This document shows, one piece after another, positions 59,177 through 64,000 of a stretch of DNA of 64,000 bases. Position numbers and translations under genes: made by a program. The DNA is taken from contig CALXAV010000009.1 in assembly GCA_944386385.1 (NCBI GenBank), positions 3,615 through 67,614 of the forward strand. The letters run 5' to 3'. The notes beneath the pieces were generated by a model. The model was not told the DNA's origin. It did no database searches and was given only the letters and a program-made list of their open reading frames with translations. The DNA comes from an uncultured Clostridia bacterium. Its GTDB lineage: Bacteria > Bacillota > Clostridia > TANB77 > CAG-508. Position 1 is the first letter of the stretch; every line of letters starts with the position of its first letter.

Positions 59177-59728
59177 TTATTTTGATTTTTTTGTTTTAAA
59201 AGGCATTCCAAGAAGTGTTAATAATTCTTTTGCTTCTTCGTCTGTCTCAGCTGTTGTTACAAATATAATATCCATACCTCTTATTTTATCAACTTTATCA
59301 TATTCGATTTCTGGGAATATTAATTGTTCTTTAATACCCATTGAGTAATTTCCTCTTCCGTCAAATGAATGTTCTGAAACTCCTCTAAAGTCTCTAACTC
59401 TTGGAAGTGCTACATTGAATAGTTTGTAAGCAAAGTCATACATTTTATCTCTTCTTAATGTTACTTTACATCCAATGTTAACTCCTTCTCTTAATTTGAA
59501 AGCTGCAATTGATTTTTTAGCTTTTGTTATTACTGGTCTTTGACCTGTAATTTGAGTTAAATCTTTCATTGCATTTTCTAAGGCTTTTGGATTTTCTTTT
59601 AAATCTCCTAATCCAATATTGATTACTATTTTATCTAGTTTTGGAACTTGCATAACTGATTTATATTCGAACTTTTTCATTAATGCTGGGATTACTTCTT
59701 TTTCATATTGTTCTCTTAATTTTTCCAT
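59177..59728 (-). CDS. rplE: 50S ribosomal protein L5
   Basis: [30 protein letters not shown]. Confidence 0.95.
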   Translation of the reverse strand: MEKLREQYEKEVIPALMKKFEYKSVMQVPKLDKIVINIGLGDLKENPKALENAMKDLTQITGQRPVITKAKKSIAAFKLREGVNIGCKVTLRRDKMYDFAYKLFNVALPRVRDFRGVSEHSFDGRGNYSMGIKEQLIFPEIEYDKVDKIRGMDIIFVTTAETDEEAKELLTLLGMPFKTKKSK

Positions 59729-59747
59729 TACGCAAAAATCCTCCTTT

Positions 59748-60056
59748 CTATTTTAATTTTGCTCCACATTTCTTACAAACACGAACTTTTTGATCTTTTT
59801 CAACGCTATATCCAACTTTAGTAACTTTTCCACATTTTGGGCATACTACGTTAACTTTTGAACTTGGAATAGCACATTCTATAGCTATTATTCCGCTTTC
59901 GTCTCCTTGACGTCTTGCTTTAACATGTTTCTTTCTTACATTTACGCCTTTAACAACGATTTTATCTTCTTTTGGTAGTACTTCTAGTACTTCTCCTTTT
60001 TTACCTTTATCATTTCCTGATAAAACTTGAACGTTGTCTCCTTTTTTTATTCTCAT
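59748..60056 (-). CDS. rplX: 50S ribosomal protein L24 (variant with CxxC...CxxC)
   Basis: [28 protein letters not shown]-terminus. C-terminal CPKCGK..18 aa..CKKCGA. Confidence 0.9.
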   Translation of the reverse strand: MRIKKGDNVQVLSGNDKGKKGEVLEVLPKEDKIVVKGVNVRKKHVKARRQGDESGIIAIECAIPSSKVNVVCPKCGKVTKVGYSVEKDQKVRVCKKCGAKLK

Positions 60057-60145
60057 TTAGAGTTTGCCTCCTTTTCTTAGAATTTTTCTTTTACCTTTAT
60101 TTTTAATATTATATAAATATCAATATTTGCTTAATTCTTATTATT

Positions 60146-60229
60146 AAGGTATACAAAATTGCTTTGCAATTTTGTATCTTTAATCTGTAACGTTCGAAAT
60201 ATCAAAGATATTTCTCACTAACAGATTAA
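60146..60229 (-). repeat. Two-hairpin spacer module, copy B (between rplN and rplX)
   Basis: mRNA sense: TTAATCTGT...ACAGATTAA outer stem beginning at the rplN stop, then ATACAAAATTGC/GCAATTTTGTAT hairpin followed by ACCTTAA. Confidence 0.6.
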
Positions 60230-60594
60230 AGAACTTCTGGAGCTAATGAAAGAATTTTCATATAGTCCTTTTCTCTTAATTCTCTTGCAACAGGTCCGAA
60301 TATACGTGTTCCTCTTGGTGTTCCGTCTTCTTTGATTATTACTGCTGCATTTTCATCAAATTTTATATATGAACCATCTGCTCTTCTTAAACCGCTTTTA
60401 GATCTTACTATAACAGCTTTTACAACATCACCTTTTTTTACAACTCCACCTGGTGTTGCTGATTTAACAGAAGCAACTATTACATCACCTATGTTAGATG
60501 TTTTTCTGTATGAACCACCTAAACATCTAATACACATGATTTCTTTTGCACCTGTGTTATCTGCTACTTTTAATCTTGTTTGTTGTTGAATCAT
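60226..60594 (-). CDS. rplN: 50S ribosomal protein L14
   Basis: [18 protein letters not shown]. Confidence 0.95.
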   Translation of the reverse strand: MIQQQTRLKVADNTGAKEIMCIRCLGGSYRKTSNIGDVIVASVKSATPGGVVKKGDVVKAVIVRSKSGLRRADGSYIKFDENAAVIIKEDGTPRGTRIFGPVARELREKDYMKILSLAPEVL

Positions 60595-60611
60595 TTATGG
60601 TTCCTCCTTTC

Positions 60612-60875
60612 TTATTTTACAATTGCTTTTTCTACAACTTCAACTACTCTCCATCTTTTATCTTTAGAAAGTGGTCTTGTTTCCATTACTTTTACTTTAT
60701 CACCTATTTGGCAAGCATTTTCTTCATCATGTGCTTTTAATTTATAAGTTCTTTTAACTGTTTTACCATATTTTTTATGACTTACACTTGTTTCAACAGC
60801 TACTACAACTGTTTTATCCATCTTATTTGATAATACAGTTCCTATCATAACTTTACGAAGATTTCTTTCTTCCAT
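60612..60875 (-). CDS. rpsQ: 30S ribosomal protein S17
   Basis: [24 protein letters not shown]. Confidence 0.95.
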   Translation of the reverse strand: MEERNLRKVMIGTVLSNKMDKTVVVAVETSVSHKKYGKTVKRTYKLKAHDEENACQIGDKVKVMETRPLSKDKRWRVVEVVEKAIVK

Positions 60876-60920
60876 TTAGATTTCTCCTTTCATTAATATC
60901 AAGGAATTTTATTTCCTTAC

Positions 60921-61130
60921 TTATGCTTTTTTACTTTCTGCTATTTTTCTTTCTGTTAATACAGTATTTATTTTAGCTATATCTCTTTTAACTTCTTTTA
61001 TTTTCATTGGATTATCTAATCCATTTGTAGCTAAACTAAATTTTAATTTGAATAATTCTGTTTTTAGTTCACCTAATTCTTTTTCTAAATCTGGTGAAGA
61101 CATTTCTCTAATTTTATTTATCTTCATCAT
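60921..61130 (-). CDS. rpmC: 50S ribosomal protein L29
   Basis: [25 protein letters not shown]. The ATG at 61130 is preferred over the track GTG. Confidence 0.9.
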   Translation of the reverse strand: MMKINKIREMSSPDLEKELGELKTELFKLKFSLATNGLDNPMKIKEVKRDIAKINTVLTERKIAESKKA

Positions 61131-61560
61131 TTTCACCTACCTCTTCTACAGTTTCCCTTGTTACAAATTTTGTTCTATTAGGTAGTTTGTTCATTGCTAA
61201 ACGTAAGGCTTCTCTTGCTGTTTCTTCTGGTACTCCAGCAATTTCAAACATTACTCTTCCTGGTTTTACTACAGCTACCCAACGTTCTGGAGCTCCTTTA
61301 CCTTTACCCATACGAGTACCAATAGGTTTTGCTGTTAATGGTTTGTCTGGGAATATTTTAATCCAAACTTTTCCACCTCTTTTTATATAACGAGTCATTG
61401 CAACTCTGGCTGCTTCTATTTGGTTACCTGTAACTAAAGCTCCTGTTACAGCTTGAATTCCATATTCTCCATCTGTAACTCTATTTCCTCTTGTTGCTTT
61501 TCCTCTCATTCTACCTTTTTGCATTTTTCTATGTTTTGTTCTTTTTGGCATTAATGGCAT
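61114..61560 (-). CDS. rplP: 50S ribosomal protein L16
   Basis: MPKRTKHRK.., [18 protein letters not shown]. Confidence 0.95.
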   Translation of the reverse strand: MPLMPKRTKHRKMQKGRMRGKATRGNRVTDGEYGIQAVTGALVTGNQIEAARVAMTRYIKRGGKVWIKIFPDKPLTAKPIGTRMGKGKGAPERWVAVVKPGRVMFEIAGVPEETAREALRLAMNKLPNRTKFVTRETVEEVGENDEDK

Positions 61561-62216
61561 TATTTGTCTCCTCCTTCCACTTTCTTCTCTGGAAGAATTT
61601 CTCCTTTATATATCCAAACTTTTACACCGATTTTTCCATAAGTTGTATCAGCTTCTGCAAATCCATAATCTATATCAGCTCTTAAAGTTTGTAGTGGTAT
61701 ATTTCCTTCTTTATAGAATTCTGTTCTAGCCATGTCTGCACCACCTAATCTTCCAGATACTGCAGTTTTAATTCCTAAAGCTCCTGCTTTTACAGACTTT
61801 TGCATACATTGTTTCATGGCACGTCTGAATGAAATTCTTCTTTCTAGTTGACCAGCAATATTTTCTGCAACTAATTGTGCATCTGTATCAACATTTTCTA
61901 CACCTACTATATTTAGATTAACATCTTTTCCTATTAATTTTTTAAGTTCTTCTTTAACGCTTTCTACACCAGCTCCACCTTTTCCTATAACGATACCTGG
62001 TTTTGCAACATGTAGATTTATTTTTATTGCTTTAGCTGTTCTTTCTATTTCAATTTTAGAAATTCCAGCAAGATATAATTTTTTCTTTAAAAATTTACGG
62101 ATTTTTTGATCTTCTACTAAATAATCTGCGAAACTTCTAGAATCTGCATACCATTTAGAACTCCAATCTCTAATAACTCCTATTCTAAATCCTGTTGGAT
62201 CTACTTTTTGTCCCAT
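61560..62216 (-). CDS. rpsC: 30S ribosomal protein S3
   Basis: [23 protein letters not shown] (KH domain). Confidence 0.95.
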   Translation of the reverse strand: MGQKVDPTGFRIGVIRDWSSKWYADSRSFADYLVEDQKIRKFLKKKLYLAGISKIEIERTAKAIKINLHVAKPGIVIGKGGAGVESVKEELKKLIGKDVNLNIVGVENVDTDAQLVAENIAGQLERRISFRRAMKQCMQKSVKAGALGIKTAVSGRLGGADMARTEFYKEGNIPLQTLRADIDYGFAEADTTYGKIGVKVWIYKGEILPEKKVEGGDK

Positions 62217-62223
62217 AGTCCTC

Positions 62224-62589
62224 TTAAGCCTCCTTTTCTTTTAATACTATTGTTATATGACTTGTTCTTTTTCTAATTCTAACTGCTGAACCTTTTGCGG
62301 CTGGTCTTATTCTTTTTAAAGTTGGACCTTGGTTAGCATAAATTTCAGCAACATATAAATTTTCATGTCTCATATCATGATTATTTTCAGCATTTGCTAT
62401 AGCTGATTTTAATAATTTTTCGATGATTTCTGATGATGCTTTTGGTGTAAATTTAACAATTGCTAAAGCTTCATCTACATCTTTACCTCTAATTAAGTCT
62501 GCTACAATTTTAACTTTTCTACTTGAAATTCTAGCATATTTTAGAGTTGCTCTTGCTTCATTTTTTACAACTGTTTCTTGCTCTTGCAC
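62224..62589 (-). CDS. rplV: 50S ribosomal protein L22
   Basis: [18 protein letters not shown]. Confidence 0.95.
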   Translation of the reverse strand: MQEQETVVKNEARATLKYARISSRKVKIVADLIRGKDVDEALAIVKFTPKASSEIIEKLLKSAIANAENNHDMRHENLYVAEIYANQGPTLKRIRPAAKGSAVRIRKRTSHITIVLKEKEA

Positions 62590-62653
62590 TTTTATTTCCC
62601 TCCTTAACTAATAATAAGTGTAAGTAATCTCACTTCGTTCTTACAGCTAACTT

Positions 62654-62935
62654 TTATTTACCTACTTTAGTTGTTTTGTCTCCTGCATGACCTTTGAATG
62701 TTCTTGTAGGAGCAAATTCACCTAATTTATGTCCTATCATTTCTTCAGCTATATATACTGGAACATGTTTTCTTCCATCATGTACAGCTATTGTATGACC
62801 TACCATTTGTGGATAAATTGTTGAAGCTCTTGACCAAGTTTTTAATACTTCTTTTTCACCAGTTTGATTCATAGCTTCTATTTTCTTTAATAATCTTTCT
62901 TCTACAAATGGTTTTTTCTTGCTTGATCTTGACAT
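62654..62935 (-). CDS. rpsS: 30S ribosomal protein S19
   Basis: [11 protein letters not shown].., [22 protein letters not shown]. Confidence 0.95.
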   Translation of the reverse strand: MSRSSKKKPFVEERLLKKIEAMNQTGEKEVLKTWSRASTIYPQMVGHTIAVHDGRKHVPVYIAEEMIGHKLGEFAPTRTFKGHAGDKTTKVGK

Positions 62936-63036
62936 CTAAAATGTCCTCCTTTCCAGAGTTTTATTTTCTTCCTTTTTCAAGGAAGTCAAAAAACAATTTT
63001 ATCTTGTTTTTTGACTAAGCTACTTTATGAATAGCT

Positions 63037-63870
63037 TTATTTACCGTTTCTTCTCTTAACAATAAATTTATTTGATAATTTATTTTTATTTCTTGTTCTA
63101 TATCCAAGTGCTGGTTTACTCCATGGAGTAAGTGGTCCAGGATGTCCAACTGGAGCTTTTCCATTTCCACCACCATGTGGGTGGTCTACTGGGTTCATTA
63201 CAGAACCTCTAACTGTTGGTCTGATACCCATATGTCTTTTTCTTCCAGCTTTACCAATTTTAATATTTTCATGTTCGCTATTACCAACTACACCAATAGT
63301 TGCTCTACATCTAGCAAGAATTAATCTCATTTCTCCTGATGGTAATCTAACATGAGCATATTTTCCTTCTTTAGCCATTAATTGAGCACTTTGTCCTGCT
63401 GCTTTAACTAATTTTCCACCTTGTCCTGGATTTAATTCTATATTGTGGATTAATGTACCAACTGGGATACTATTAATTGGCATACAGTTACCTGGTTTAA
63501 TATCAACACTTTCTCCAGATACAACTTTATCTCCATCTGTTAAACCTTGTGGAGCTATTATGTATGCTTTTTCTCCATCTTCATATTGAATTAATGCAAT
63601 GTTAGCACTTCTATTTGGATCATATTCGATACCAATTATAGTTGCTTCCATGTTATCTTTTTGTCTTTTAAAATCTATAATTCTATATTTTTGTCTATTT
63701 CCACCACCATGATGTCTTACTGTAATTTTTCCATATGAATTTCTACCTGCAGTTTTTTTCTTTTTAGCAAGTAATGATTTTTCAGGTGTTTTTTTAGTTA
63801 CTTCTGAAAAATCTGAAGATGTCATGTTTCTTCTTGATGGTGTATATGGTTTATAATGTTTTACTGCCAT
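63037..63870 (-). CDS. rplB: 50S ribosomal protein L2
   Basis: [26 protein letters not shown]. Confidence 0.95.
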   Translation of the reverse strand: MAVKHYKPYTPSRRNMTSSDFSEVTKKTPEKSLLAKKKKTAGRNSYGKITVRHHGGGNRQKYRIIDFKRQKDNMEATIIGIEYDPNRSANIALIQYEDGEKAYIIAPQGLTDGDKVVSGESVDIKPGNCMPINSIPVGTLIHNIELNPGQGGKLVKAAGQSAQLMAKEGKYAHVRLPSGEMRLILARCRATIGVVGNSEHENIKIGKAGRKRHMGIRPTVRGSVMNPVDHPHGGGNGKAPVGHPGPLTPWSKPALGYRTRNKNKLSNKFIVKRRNGK

Positions 63871-63930
63871 TTTCTTTTCTCTCCTTTTTATTATTTATTT
63901 TCCTGGTTTTTTCCAGATAATCTTTGAAGC

Positions 63931-64000
63931 CTACGCTCCCATAAATTCATCAATTGAATCTTTATATTTCTTTGTTACTTTAACAGATTTTCCACCTTTT
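63931..64000 (-). CDS. rplW: 50S ribosomal protein L23, C-terminal end only (N-terminus beyond the window)
   Basis: Own translation ..KGGKSVKVTKKYKDSIDEFMGA*, in the position expected upstream of rplB. Weak sequence support on its own. Confidence 0.55.
   Translation of the reverse strand, partial: KGGKSVKVTKKYKDSIDEFMGA

Overview
AT-rich (about 25-30% GC by eye) chromosomal segment from a spore-forming Firmicute, probably Clostridia-like (spoIIM, spoVT, sortase, LtaS-type enzyme). Almost all genes are on the minus strand. 49.5-64 kb is the S10-spc-alpha ribosomal protein cluster (rplW to rplQ, with secY, adk, map, infA, rpoA). 1-49 kb is mostly housekeeping (dapL/dapD, queH, ruvB, xerD, rnhA, tmcAL, dprA, folD, ligA, hinT, alaS, fbp, comFC, recD2) mixed with accessory material. 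The observations worth a second look are: (1) four small single-gene cassettes of clearly foreign, higher GC composition, each with its own promoter and terminator, scattered between core genes; (2) a tRNA-Tyr(GUA) gene split by a ~225 nt group I (IC3-like) intron; (3) a tnpB-only IS200/IS605-type element inside a transporter gene remnant, a 51-bp left-end/right-end fusion mini-element, and a diverged solo right-end hairpin; (4) a tight operon of a Thg1-like nucleotidyltransferase (plus a frameshifted paralog), DUF402, an ADP-ribosylglycohydrolase and two unknowns; (5) a conserved two-hairpin module repeated in three unusually long spacers inside the ribosomal protein operon; (6) two paralogous modules of a pilin-like LamG protein with a divergent XRE regulator; (7) a KAP P-loop NTPase and an unknown two-gene operon. 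No CRISPR array or rRNA was seen. All functional calls come from reading the translated ORFs and recognising motifs. No database search was possible.
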